Shown here: piece by piece, positions 15,587-24,045 of the stretch
Layout: each line of letters opens with the position of its first letter
Position numbering within the stretch: position 1 is the stretch's first letter
Source of the DNA: a virus
DNA: 43,788 nt
Virus record (IMG/VR): IMGVR_UViG_3300045988_166023
Direction: 5' to 3' (one strand)
Position numbers and translations under genes: made by a program
Notes under the pieces: model-generated
Databases searched by the model: none
Seen by the model: the letters and a program-made list of their open reading frames with translations, nothing else
What the model was told of the DNA's origin: nothing

Positions 15587-16034
15587 TCAGGATAGACGAT
15601 TGCGAGAATACAGAAATGCAAGAAATGATGGATTTAAGTTAGCGGTATCTGTCATAGCAGAGAGTAATCTGGGTGATGAGACGAGAGATGCAGCATTATC
15701 TGTATTGCATAAAGAATTACGATATCGTGAAAAACTAGGAATCGATACAAATCTGACTATGAAGGAGTTAGAGATAGCATCTGAGCCTATGAGGGGATTC
15801 CTTAATGAAGCACATATTCTTATCTGGTTGTCTGTATTGCATGATGAATTTGATTTCGGGAAGAAAAGACTCAATCAGGCCATGGATAGATTTGAACAGA
15901 TATATGAAGCCATAGATGATGGGTTTGCGGGATATAGTGATTATGTTGAATTGCTAAAGAAAAAGATGAGTCGCGTCCTCAAAGCAGAGTACATGGTGAA
16001 AGATGATCATTGGGAACGTAGGGAGGATAAATAG
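15579..16034 (+). CDS. Hypothetical protein
   Basis: 151-aa ORF that overlaps its upstream neighbour by 8 nt. Confidence 0.55.
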   Translation: MGNQDRRLREYRNARNDGFKLAVSVIAESNLGDETRDAALSVLHKELRYREKLGIDTNLTMKELEIASEPMRGFLNEAHILIWLSVLHDEFDFGKKRLNQAMDRFEQIYEAIDDGFAGYSDYVELLKKKMSRVLKAEYMVKDDHWERREDK

Positions 16035-16037
16035 TAA

Positions 16038-16268
16038 ATGTTGATTGACAAGAGTACGAATATTCCACTGGAAGCCTATACAGATAATGTCCGGAGGATT
16101 ATTGAAAGAACATCGTTCCCCGATTTTGCACAATTTATTCATTCAGCAGAGATTACGGAAGCTGATCTTGAAACAGCATATGAAATCTTTGCAAGTGAAG
16201 AAATGCCACTTGAACAAATGGCAATACGCACAGCATTAATAGAAAGGAGAAGAAAGAGAGATGAGTAA
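16038..16268 (+). CDS. Hypothetical protein
   Basis: 76-aa ORF within the coupled gene chain. Confidence 0.5.
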   Translation: MLIDKSTNIPLEAYTDNVRRIIERTSFPDFAQFIHSAEITEADLETAYEIFASEEMPLEQMAIRTALIERRRKRDE

Positions 16269-16743
16269 GTGGATACCAGTTGAAAGACAACCATATAATG
16301 GACAGCGTGTGCTTTTATCATTTGCAAATGAGAGGCAGAAGCCACTTGTAGGTACTTGGAAAGTAGATGATGAGGGAGGAGCTTTTTATGCTCCATTTAC
16401 GGGCAGAACATATGCATCTTTAGGTTATTTTGTGAATGCATGGATGCCATTGCCAGGGCCATATGAGGAAAATGCGTCAAAAAAGAAAGTAGATGTTACA
16501 CCGGTTATTGATTGGATTCCGTGTAGTGAGAGATTACCAGACAAATCTGATTTTTATATGATTTGCTCATACAATGGAGATACCTATGATTACCGGAAAA
16601 ATTGGTTTTACCATGAAGATGATTATGGGGATTCTGAATGGACGAGGCTAATCCCTTGCGAAAAGGTAATTGCATGGGCGCCATTGCCAAAACCGTATAG
16701 ACTAGATGATTCTATGAAAGACGAGGAGAGATTAGTATTATGA
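16261..16743 (+). CDS. Tandem DUF551-like protein
   Basis: Two repeats of the W-I-P-x-x-(E/R)-x-P ... AW(M/A)PLP(G/K)PY pattern: KWIPVERQP...AWMPLPGPY and DWIPCSERLP...AWAPLPKPY. Confidence 0.65.
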   Translation: MSKWIPVERQPYNGQRVLLSFANERQKPLVGTWKVDDEGGAFYAPFTGRTYASLGYFVNAWMPLPGPYEENASKKKVDVTPVIDWIPCSERLPDKSDFYMICSYNGDTYDYRKNWFYHEDDYGDSEWTRLIPCEKVIAWAPLPKPYRLDDSMKDEERLVL

Positions 16744-16904
16744 CAGGATCATGTCCAATATTATTCGAAAATAAGCAAGAGGAATACGGATTAACGGACA
16801 AGGAAGTAGAAAAATTTTGTCAGGAAGGTTGCTCTGTAGATTGTGATATTTTATTAAAACAATATGCAGAGAAGCTGAATAAGAAGAAAGGAGCAAATAG
16901 ATGA
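16740..16904 (+). CDS. Small Cys-containing protein (54 aa; below the track cutoff)
   Basis: ATGA overlap with the previous stop. Hand translation: MTGSCPILFENKQEEYGLTDKEVEKFCQEGCSVDCDILLKQYAEKLNKKKGANR. Confidence 0.4.
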   Translation: MTGSCPILFENKQEEYGLTDKEVEKFCQEGCSVDCDILLKQYAEKLNKKKGANR

Positions 16905-17053
16905 TTAATCCATGCGTGAAATGTCCTGAAAGAGACCGTTGCGAGGGAATGAATCAGCCATGTAAGCAAGGTAAAGCCTATCAGAGATGGAAAGCTGGCT
17001 GCAAGAAAGTAGCGGAGCATACGAAGCGGGTAAATAAGAGGAAGAAGTTATGA
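16901..17053 (+). CDS. Small Cys-rich basic protein (50 aa; below the track cutoff)
   Basis: ATGA overlaps at both ends. Hand translation: MINPCVKCPERDRCEGMNQPCKQGKAYQRWKAGCKKVAEHTKRVNKRKKL. Confidence 0.4.
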   Translation: MINPCVKCPERDRCEGMNQPCKQGKAYQRWKAGCKKVAEHTKRVNKRKKL

Positions 17054-17265
17054 GTCACGAATACAGAGTATTAGAGCGGATGCTTATCGAAGGGCAGATA
17101 AGCCGTCAGGAGTTTAAAGAGAGAATAGATGCCGAATATGCTAAGTTGGAGCAGGAGCTTATGAACGATGAGATTACACCGGATGAACATGTTGAGAGAT
17201 ATAATGAGCTGTTAGAGCTGGAACCTCAGTCGTTCGGACCACCGGAGTTGCATGAGCATATATGA
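17050..17265 (+). CDS. Hypothetical protein
   Basis: 71-aa ORF coupled by an ATGA overlap. Confidence 0.5.
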   Translation: MSHEYRVLERMLIEGQISRQEFKERIDAEYAKLEQELMNDEITPDEHVERYNELLELEPQSFGPPELHEHI

Positions 17266-17278
17266 GAGGAGTAAAAAG

Positions 17279-17476
17279 ATGGAGCAGATTAGCCTTGAAG
17301 ATATCAATCTTGATATGATTCCGATTAATGTACTGCAAGATGTTGATAAGCGAATAGCTGACTGGAGAGCAGCCGGAGGCAAAGACTCTGATACATACAT
17401 CCAGAATCAGTTAAGATATTTAAAACGAGTCGAGTTGATGGCAAACAACGCCGCGGATACGCTCACATATTTTTAA
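17279..17476 (+). CDS. Hypothetical protein
   Basis: GAGGAG lies 7 nt upstream of ATG 17279 (MEQISLEDINLD...). Confidence 0.5.
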   Translation: MEQISLEDINLDMIPINVLQDVDKRIADWRAAGGKDSDTYIQNQLRYLKRVELMANNAADTLTYF

Positions 17477-17491
17477 ACAGGAGGAATACAG

Positions 17492-17581
17492 ATGAGTATA
17501 ACAGAAGCAATAGTAATTATAGCGGCATTAATTTATACAGGATTTGTATTTACATACTTAATAAGTGAGGTAGTAGGATGA
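17492..17581 (+). CDS. 29-aa hydrophobic peptide (single TM helix)
   Basis: AGGAGG SD. Sequence MSITEAIVIIAALIYTGFVFTYLISEVVG. ATGA coupling to the next gene. Confidence 0.4.
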   Translation: MSITEAIVIIAALIYTGFVFTYLISEVVG

Positions 17582-17766
17582 ATATACGAAATCACGAACA
17601 TTACAAAGACAAAACAGCTCATGATGCAATCAAAGCAGCAGACAAGCCGCCGGATTCGGTAACAAGAACAATTAATGCTATGAAAGCAGTAGCGGCAATA
17701 GATGAATTTGAAGTATTTGGACGGATTAAACTCAGAGACATGAAAACAGGCAAGATTTATAGATAG
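17578..17766 (+). CDS. Hypothetical protein
   Basis: 62-aa ORF, coupled to its upstream neighbour. Confidence 0.5.
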   Translation: MNIRNHEHYKDKTAHDAIKAADKPPDSVTRTINAMKAVAAIDEFEVFGRIKLRDMKTGKIYR

Positions 17767-17772
17767 CGGGAG

Positions 17773-18204
17773 GTGGTTATCTTGAACATAAAACAGGTTC
17801 TCAATGATTATGTAGATGCCTGCGAATTAGTCAGAGAGACGGAGGATGATATTGCAGAGCTTGAACAGAAACAGTCTGTAGTCACTTCTGACAAGGTAAA
17901 AGGTAGTATGAATGAGCATCCATATACACAACAGTCCTTTAACATCGAAGGACTTGCGTATGATGAGAAACGTAATGAACGTTTAGTGAAAGAAAAAGAT
18001 ATTCTTTCTAAGCGGAGAGAAAAAGCAAACAGCGTCAGACTGCAGGCATTAGAAGTCATTAATCAGGCACCAATCCGTATCCAGAGAATCATCCGCTTCC
18101 GATATGAGAAAAAACTTACGTGGGAAGAAGTAGCTGATCGGATGAAAGGAAGTACCTCCGGAGGGTTAAAGATGGAACTTAAAAGATTTTTTGAAGAAAA
18201 ATGA
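17773..18204 (+). CDS. Putative late-gene transcriptional activator (ArpU/RinA-like, sigma region-4-like HTH)
   Basis: C-terminal ...RFRYEKKLTWEEVADRMKGS... is HTH-like. It is the last gene before the terminator and terS. The likely start is TTG 17782, after GGAGG. Confidence 0.5.
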   Translation: MVILNIKQVLNDYVDACELVRETEDDIAELEQKQSVVTSDKVKGSMNEHPYTQQSFNIEGLAYDEKRNERLVKEKDILSKRREKANSVRLQALEVINQAPIRIQRIIRFRYEKKLTWEEVADRMKGSTSGGLKMELKRFFEEK

Positions 18205-18299
18205 AAGTTTGTTACGAATGTTACACATGTTACGATGAAGTGTGTTAAAATTTAAAATTGAGAAGACAGGATAAATTCTCCTTTCAAAAAATTGGTTTT

Positions 18300-18328
18300 G
18301 CACCTCGCGAAATGCGGGGTGCTTTTTT
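18300..18328 (+). terminator. Strong rho-independent terminator
   Basis: 9-bp stem GCACCTCGC / GCGGGGTGC with a GAAAT loop, followed by TTTTTT. Confidence 0.85.
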
Positions 18329-18329
18329 C

Positions 18330-18387
18330 ATCCCCTTAGCTCAGCGGTAGAGCATAAATGTCCCAGGTTCGATTCCTGGAGGGGATA
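18330..18387 (+). ncRNA. tRNA-like element lacking the anticodon arm (58 nt; tRNA pseudogene or processing signal)
   Basis: Acceptor stem ATCCCCT/AGGGGAT. D arm GCTC-AGCGGTA-GAGC. T arm CCAGG-TTCGATT-CCTGG. Only 9 nt (ATAAATGTC) occupy the space where about 23 nt of anticodon arm plus variable loop should be. Confidence 0.6.
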
Positions 18388-18421
18388 TTTCCAAAACAAA
18401 AACGAATGAGAGGTGGTGGTG

Positions 18422-19165
18422 ATGCCGAGAAAGCCGGATGAGAGGATAACGCAGGCAAAAGAATTATACTTAAAAGGACGGAAGCTAATTGAAATCGCAA
18501 GTCAGTTAGGAGTTCCGGAAGGAACAGTCCGAAGTTGGAAAAATAGATATAAATGGGATTGCAACGTTGCAAAAGAGAAACGCAACGTTGCGAAAGCAAA
18601 GAAAGGCGGTCAGCCAGGTAATAAGAATGCCGTAGGCGGCAAGGGCGGAGCCGCTCCAAAACAAAATAAAAACGCAGAAAAGCATGGTTTCTTCTCGAAG
18701 TATCTTCCGGAAGAGACCTTTTCTATTATCCAGGACATTGAGAAGAAAAATCCTCTTGATATTCTCTGGGAAAATATACAGATTGCTTATGCAGCCATCG
18801 TAAGAGCACAGCAGATCATGTATGTAAAGGACCACGAGGATAAGACAATCGAGAAAGTCGAAGAGAAAAAATCAAAGGGTAAGCTTATAGGCGAGAAGTG
18901 GGAGGTACAGGAAGCATGGGATAAACAGGCAACATTTTTAAAAGCACAGGCAAGGGCACAGGGAGAATTAAGGTCCTTGATAAAGCAATATGATGAACTG
19001 TTGCATAGTAATTATGAATTAGCAACAGAGGAACAGAAGGCTAGGATTGAGCAGATCAGGGCGAAGACGGCAATTATATCTGGTGTGGATGAAGAAGAAA
19101 CAGAAGATGATGGCTTCTTAGAGGCGCTTAAAGGCGAGGTATCCGAAGTATGGGAAGAAGAGTAA
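18422..19165 (+). CDS. terS: Terminase small subunit
   Basis: N-terminal HTH (KLIEIASQLGVPEGTVRSWKNRYKWD). GAGGTGG SD precedes ATG 18422. It overlaps the start of terL. Confidence 0.75.
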   Translation: MPRKPDERITQAKELYLKGRKLIEIASQLGVPEGTVRSWKNRYKWDCNVAKEKRNVAKAKKGGQPGNKNAVGGKGGAAPKQNKNAEKHGFFSKYLPEETFSIIQDIEKKNPLDILWENIQIAYAAIVRAQQIMYVKDHEDKTIEKVEEKKSKGKLIGEKWEVQEAWDKQATFLKAQARAQGELRSLIKQYDELLHSNYELATEEQKARIEQIRAKTAIISGVDEEETEDDGFLEALKGEVSEVWEEE

Positions 19166-20415
19166 AGAAAGCAGCTTTTAAATTCAGGCCATTTTCCCGT
19201 AAACAAAAGAAAATCCTTACCTGGTGGATGCCAAACTCTCCAGTTCACGATATGGACGGCATCATAGCAGATGGAGCAATACGTTCGGGCAAGACAGTCT
19301 CTATGTCGCTCTCATTTGCTATGTGGGCGATGGAATCGTTTGACGGTCAAAACTTTGCGATGTGCGGAAAAACAATCGGTTCTTTCAGGCGAAATGTTTT
19401 GTTTTGGCTGAAACTGATGCTTAAAAGCCGCGGTTACTATGTAGAAGACCATAGAGCGGACAATCTCGTAATTGTTCGCAGAAATGGAAAGGAAAATTAT
19501 TTTTATATTTTTGGTGGCAAGGATGAACGCTCACAAGACCTCATCCAGGGTATTACCCTGGCCGGGGTCTTTTTTGATGAAGTTGCCCTGATGCCGGAAA
19601 GTTTTGTCAACCAGGCAACAGGACGATGTTCCGTAGACGGTTCAAAGTACTGGTTTAACTGCAATCCGGATGGTCCGTATCATTGGTTTAAAACTGATTG
19701 GATTGATAAAGCAGAAAAAAAGAAGATAGTATATCTTCATTTCACGATGGATGATAACCTCAGCCTATCGGAGCGGATTAAGAAGAGATACCGCTCCATG
19801 TATACCGGTGTGTTTTATAAACGGTATATCTTAGGCCTTTGGGCTGTAGCGGAAGGTATTATCTATGATATGTTCAATGAAGAAAAGCACGTCATATCAG
19901 AGCCGCAGAGCTATGTCGGTAGGAAGTATGTAAGTGTTGATTATGGTACCCAGAATGCAACTGTTTTCTTACTCTGGGAGAAGAACCGTAAAGGGCAGTG
20001 GGTTGCTACAAAAGAATATTACTATTCTGGAAGAGATGAAGCGGAACAGAAAACAGATGGTGAGTATGCGGATGATATGGAAGAGTTCGTCAGTGGGATT
20101 GAAATAGAATCAATCATTGTAGATCCAGCCGCAGCTTCCTTTATTGCAGAGCTTAAAAAAAGGGGCTTCAAGGTTAAGAAAGCAAAGAACGATGTTCTCG
20201 ATGGGATACGTTTTGTTGGAAATCTTCTTAATCTGGGAGTTTTATTGTTTCTTAAAGATTGTAAGGAAACGATTAAAGAATTTGGTTCCTATATCTGGGA
20301 TGAAAAGGCAGTGGAACGTGGAGATGATAAGCCGGTAAAGCAGTTCGATCACTGCATGGATGCTGCACGATATTTTGCTTATACCATCATAAGACGGGAA
20401 CGAAAATGGAGTTGA
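19150..20415 (+). CDS. terL: Terminase large subunit
   Basis: Walker A motif GAIRSGKT, Walker B motif GVFFDE, and a C-terminal nuclease-like region. Its size and position are typical. Confidence 0.9.
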   Translation: MGRRVKKAAFKFRPFSRKQKKILTWWMPNSPVHDMDGIIADGAIRSGKTVSMSLSFAMWAMESFDGQNFAMCGKTIGSFRRNVLFWLKLMLKSRGYYVEDHRADNLVIVRRNGKENYFYIFGGKDERSQDLIQGITLAGVFFDEVALMPESFVNQATGRCSVDGSKYWFNCNPDGPYHWFKTDWIDKAEKKKIVYLHFTMDDNLSLSERIKKRYRSMYTGVFYKRYILGLWAVAEGIIYDMFNEEKHVISEPQSYVGRKYVSVDYGTQNATVFLLWEKNRKGQWVATKEYYYSGRDEAEQKTDGEYADDMEEFVSGIEIESIIVDPAAASFIAELKKRGFKVKKAKNDVLDGIRFVGNLLNLGVLLFLKDCKETIKEFGSYIWDEKAVERGDDKPVKQFDHCMDAARYFAYTIIRRERKWS

Positions 20416-20420
20416 GATAG

Positions 20421-21806
20421 ATGATAAAAGAATTTATCGAAAGAATAGGGCAGGTGATTAGAAAGATGCTCGGAAGAGAAAAAATAAAAGATGCCATCGG
20501 GGTTGAGGTAGCGGTATCTGACAAAATGGCGAACGGGATTGATCTCTGGGCTAAGATGTATAAAAATGAGCCGCCCTGGAAGGAAAAGAATATAAAGCTT
20601 TGTGGATTGCCTGCTGCTATTGCCGGAGAGTTCGCAAGACTTGTTACGCTGGAACTGAAAACAGAAGTTACAGGAAATGACTTCATTAACGAAGAGTATC
20701 AGGCAGTTATCAGCGATATCCGTAAATACACAGAATATGCCTGTGCTAAGGGCGGGTTAGCAATGAAACCTTATGCATCAGAAGGGCATATAGAGGTAGA
20801 TATGGTTCAGGCAGACAGGTTCTTCCCTACGAAGTTTAATTCTAGAGGAGTTACGGCAGCGGTATTCGCTGAGAGCTTAACGGTAGGGAAAAAGGTATAT
20901 ACCAGACTGGAATATCATCAACACGAAGGCACAATGTATTACATAAACAACAAAGCTTTTGTGAAACAGGATCTTGATAATGTTGAGGTTTTGGGGAAAG
21001 AAGTTCCTCTTACTGCTGTACCGGAATGGGCTAATCTGCAGGAAGAAGTTACGCTTAAGAATATAAAGATGCCACTGTTTGCCTATTTCAAGATTCCTAA
21101 TGCGAACAATGTGGATGATACATCACCTCTTGGTGTTTCTGTATATTCCAGAGCTATCAATGACATTAAAGAGGCGGACAATCAGTGGACAAGACTCCTT
21201 TGGGAGTTTGAGGGTTCGGAGCTTGCGATTGATGCAGACATTACCTTGTTTAAAAAGGATGATAAGGGAAATTATGAGTTTCCAAAGGGCAAGGACAGAC
21301 TGTTTCGCATGATGGACCTTGATGATAATGCCGAGAAATATAAAGTGTTTGCACCGGCTATTCGCGATGAGAACCTTATTAATGGATTTAATGCGATTCT
21401 TCGCAGGATAGAGTTTAATGTAGGGCTTGCTTACGGGACATTAAGTGACCCAAATACCGTTGATAAGACTGCGGAAGAGATTAAAGCAAGTAAACAGCGT
21501 TCCTATAGTACGGTATCCGATATCCAGAAGTCATTACAGACTGCATTAGAACAGTTAGTATATGCTATGGATGTCATGGCTCAACTTTCTGGACTTTCTG
21601 GCAGAAAGAAATACGAGATGAGCTTTGACTGGGATGATTCTATCGTAATTGATAAAGAACAGGAACTTGCCAGTATGCAGCAGGATGCGGTTGCCGGCTT
21701 TATCCGAAAAGAATTATACGTTGCAGCCAAGTATGGTGTGTCAGAAGAGGAAGCTTTGAAAATGATGCCGCAGCAGGATGAACGTTTTCAGATAGCAGAA
21801 GAATAG
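20421..21806 (+). CDS. Portal protein
   Basis: 461-aa ORF directly after terL and before the gp7-like head protein. Confidence 0.75.
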   Translation: MIKEFIERIGQVIRKMLGREKIKDAIGVEVAVSDKMANGIDLWAKMYKNEPPWKEKNIKLCGLPAAIAGEFARLVTLELKTEVTGNDFINEEYQAVISDIRKYTEYACAKGGLAMKPYASEGHIEVDMVQADRFFPTKFNSRGVTAAVFAESLTVGKKVYTRLEYHQHEGTMYYINNKAFVKQDLDNVEVLGKEVPLTAVPEWANLQEEVTLKNIKMPLFAYFKIPNANNVDDTSPLGVSVYSRAINDIKEADNQWTRLLWEFEGSELAIDADITLFKKDDKGNYEFPKGKDRLFRMMDLDDNAEKYKVFAPAIRDENLINGFNAILRRIEFNVGLAYGTLSDPNTVDKTAEEIKASKQRSYSTVSDIQKSLQTALEQLVYAMDVMAQLSGLSGRKKYEMSFDWDDSIVIDKEQELASMQQDAVAGFIRKELYVAAKYGVSEEEALKMMPQQDERFQIAEE

Positions 21807-21816
21807 GTGGTGTTTT

Positions 21817-23580
21817 ATGCTAGAGCCGGAATACCTTGAAAAATTTTCAGATCAGCTACTTGCCCTGGTTGATGCGTTAAGCACAGCGATTATAGCAGAT
21901 ATGGCAAAACGTCTTGTAAAAACCGGAGAAATAACGGAAACTTCAAGACGACAAGCAGAAATTTTGCAGGGAGCGGGGCTCCTTTATAAGGATGTTCTAA
22001 AGCGTGTTTCGCAGGTTTCTGGATATATGAATACAGAAGTGGAAAGAGTTTTTGAGGAAGCGGGAGTAAGAAACCTCAAGAATGAAGCAGTTATTTATAA
22101 AGCTGCAGGTGAAAAAGAGATAAAACTTCATCAGTCAGAAACGATGCAGAAGATTCTTGCAGCAAATGCAAGAAAGACAAAAGAAGAGATTAATAATCTT
22201 ACTTTAACAACGGCTGTTAAAACGCAAAGTGCTTACATAACCGCTTGCAATAAAGCAATGATGAAAGTACAGACCGGGGCTTTTAGTTATGATAAAGCGA
22301 TTGCGGATGCAATTAAGGAAGCGGCGGTGCAGGGAACCGAGGTTTTATATCCATCCGGGCATGTAGATAAGTTAGACGTAGCAGTAAGGAGAGCCGTTCT
22401 AACCGGGGTAAATCAGTCGGCAGCGGAAATGAATCTTCAATATGTCAAAGAGTCTGGCTGTGATCATGTAGAAACAACCGCCCACTCAGGAGCAAGACCA
22501 ACTCATGCAGTGTGGCAAGGAAAAGTCTTTTGTGTTTCTGGAAAAGATAGCAGATATCCTCCATTTTATGAAAGTACCGGATATGGAACTGGTGCGGGGC
22601 TTTGCGGCTGGAACTGTCGGCACAATTTTCATGCGTTCTTTCCTGGAATATCTGCACCAGCTTATTCACAGGAAATGCTTGACGATTATAGTGCCAGAAA
22701 GTACGAGTACAATGGTAAAAAATATACAGAGTATGAGTTGAGTCAGATGCAGCGTTCACAGGAAAGAAAGATAAGAGCAACAAAAAGAAAACTTACAGGA
22801 TATGATGCTGGAATAAAAAATACAGATAGTAATACATTAAAAGCAGAGCTGACAAATAGGTTTGAAAGTGAGTCAGCAGAGTTAAAAAAGCAGGAGAAAT
22901 CTCTTAAAAAATTTTGCAGGCAAACCGGAAGAAGGTATGAGTCTGCAAGGACACAAGTTCATGCAGTATTGGATTCAGAAGAAAATATCGTTGGATTTAA
23001 TAAAAGCGTTGCACAGAAAGCGGTATGGGCAAGTAAAAGACATACATCTAAGATGCAGATGGCGAAGCAGCTTGATAAGTTGTCAGATGAGGAAAGATTG
23101 GCAGTGCAAAGATATACAGGCTTTGCCGCTCACCGGGTAAACCGGGCACTGTATTCCGGCAAGCCGCAAATGATTGAAAAAGAGCGGGAGTATATGAACA
23201 TATTGGATTCTGCATTGGATAAGGGAGTTGCTGAGCATAAGATGGTCGTTCATCGAGATACGATACCAGAGTTCTTGAATGCATTTCCGAAAGGGTTTGA
23301 GTATTCTGAACATGATATGGAGAGATTGGTAGGAAAAAAGTTAACTAATATTGGTTATACGTCAACTTCATTTAGAGATATTCAATATGGAGGAAGAAAT
23401 GTACATCTTGAAATAGAAGTGCCAAAAGGATATAGAGGTTGCCTATATATAGAAAGGCTGGCAAGCCCCAAATATAAATATCAGCAAGAAGTATTGTTTA
23501 AGAGGAACTTTCGGTATATAATCAAAGATATCAAAAAAGAAAACGGAAGGTATTATATGAAAGCGGAGGCAATCTTATGA
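21817..23580 (+). CDS. SPP1 gp7-like minor head protein fused to a C-terminal ADP-ribosyltransferase (C3/VIP2-type) domain
   Basis: The central part has gp7-family character (…HSGARPTHAVWQGKVF…GWNCRH…). The C-terminal ~160 aa carry the R / STS / QxE triad (VVHRD, GYTSTSF, YQQEVLF). Confidence 0.75.
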   Translation: MLEPEYLEKFSDQLLALVDALSTAIIADMAKRLVKTGEITETSRRQAEILQGAGLLYKDVLKRVSQVSGYMNTEVERVFEEAGVRNLKNEAVIYKAAGEKEIKLHQSETMQKILAANARKTKEEINNLTLTTAVKTQSAYITACNKAMMKVQTGAFSYDKAIADAIKEAAVQGTEVLYPSGHVDKLDVAVRRAVLTGVNQSAAEMNLQYVKESGCDHVETTAHSGARPTHAVWQGKVFCVSGKDSRYPPFYESTGYGTGAGLCGWNCRHNFHAFFPGISAPAYSQEMLDDYSARKYEYNGKKYTEYELSQMQRSQERKIRATKRKLTGYDAGIKNTDSNTLKAELTNRFESESAELKKQEKSLKKFCRQTGRRYESARTQVHAVLDSEENIVGFNKSVAQKAVWASKRHTSKMQMAKQLDKLSDEERLAVQRYTGFAAHRVNRALYSGKPQMIEKEREYMNILDSALDKGVAEHKMVVHRDTIPEFLNAFPKGFEYSEHDMERLVGKKLTNIGYTSTSFRDIQYGGRNVHLEIEVPKGYRGCLYIERLASPKYKYQQEVLFKRNFRYIIKDIKKENGRYYMKAEAIL

Positions 23581-23879
23581 CAGAAAAATGTTATTATTAC
23601 GATGAAGATGGAAATCGTTGTGAGGGTGAAGTGGGGCCGAGTTTTGAAGATTTTCCGGGCATGGCACAGGTCATAAGTCCGATACCTCTTTGTGATGCTT
23701 GCAAGAAGGCCGGCTTTGATAGTAATCATCGCCAAACCTTATGTGAAGCATATGGAAAAATACCAAAGAAGTATTTGAATGCAAAAGATTATAATTGTCC
23801 ACATTTTGATAATGAAAATAATGGATGGTATCAGTTAATTAAAGATAAGGTAGAAAGACAACAAAAGAAAGAAAAATAA
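23577..23879 (+). CDS. Cys-rich small protein
   Basis: ATGA-coupled to the ART-fusion gene. Several Cys pairs are present (CYYYDEDGNRC, CDAC, C..NCPH). Confidence 0.55.
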   Translation: MTEKCYYYDEDGNRCEGEVGPSFEDFPGMAQVISPIPLCDACKKAGFDSNHRQTLCEAYGKIPKKYLNAKDYNCPHFDNENNGWYQLIKDKVERQQKKEK

Positions 23880-23892
23880 TAAATTTGAATTT

Positions 23893-23925
23893 TAGCACGC
23901 TCGATATATTGGACGTGCTATTTTT
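23893..23925 (+). terminator. Rho-independent terminator
   Basis: Stem TAGCACG / CGTGCTA with a 12-nt loop, followed by TTTTT. Confidence 0.55.
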
Positions 23926-24045
23926 ATACTCATTTTTAACATGGGGAGAACTCCTGTCAGGGTATGCTCCTGACCTCCCCAAACGAACCACGAGACGTAG
24001 TGAAAGGCTGCGTCTTATTTTAGTGATTCAGAAAGGAGAATTGCA

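Noticed and set aside
16029-16038. An additional shufflon core (AAATAGTAAA) at a gene boundary; a similar 9/10 match occurs at 3623..3632 inside int
   Set aside because: Both mismatch the last base of the core. Neither is followed by an open fibre-like cassette, and both lie far from the recombinase. At 16029 the match is explained by tandem TAG/TAA stop codons.
18330-18387. A functional tRNA gene
   Set aside because: The acceptor, D and T arms are present, but only 9 nt exist between the D and T arms, so there is no anticodon stem-loop. It is reported as a tRNA-like element instead.
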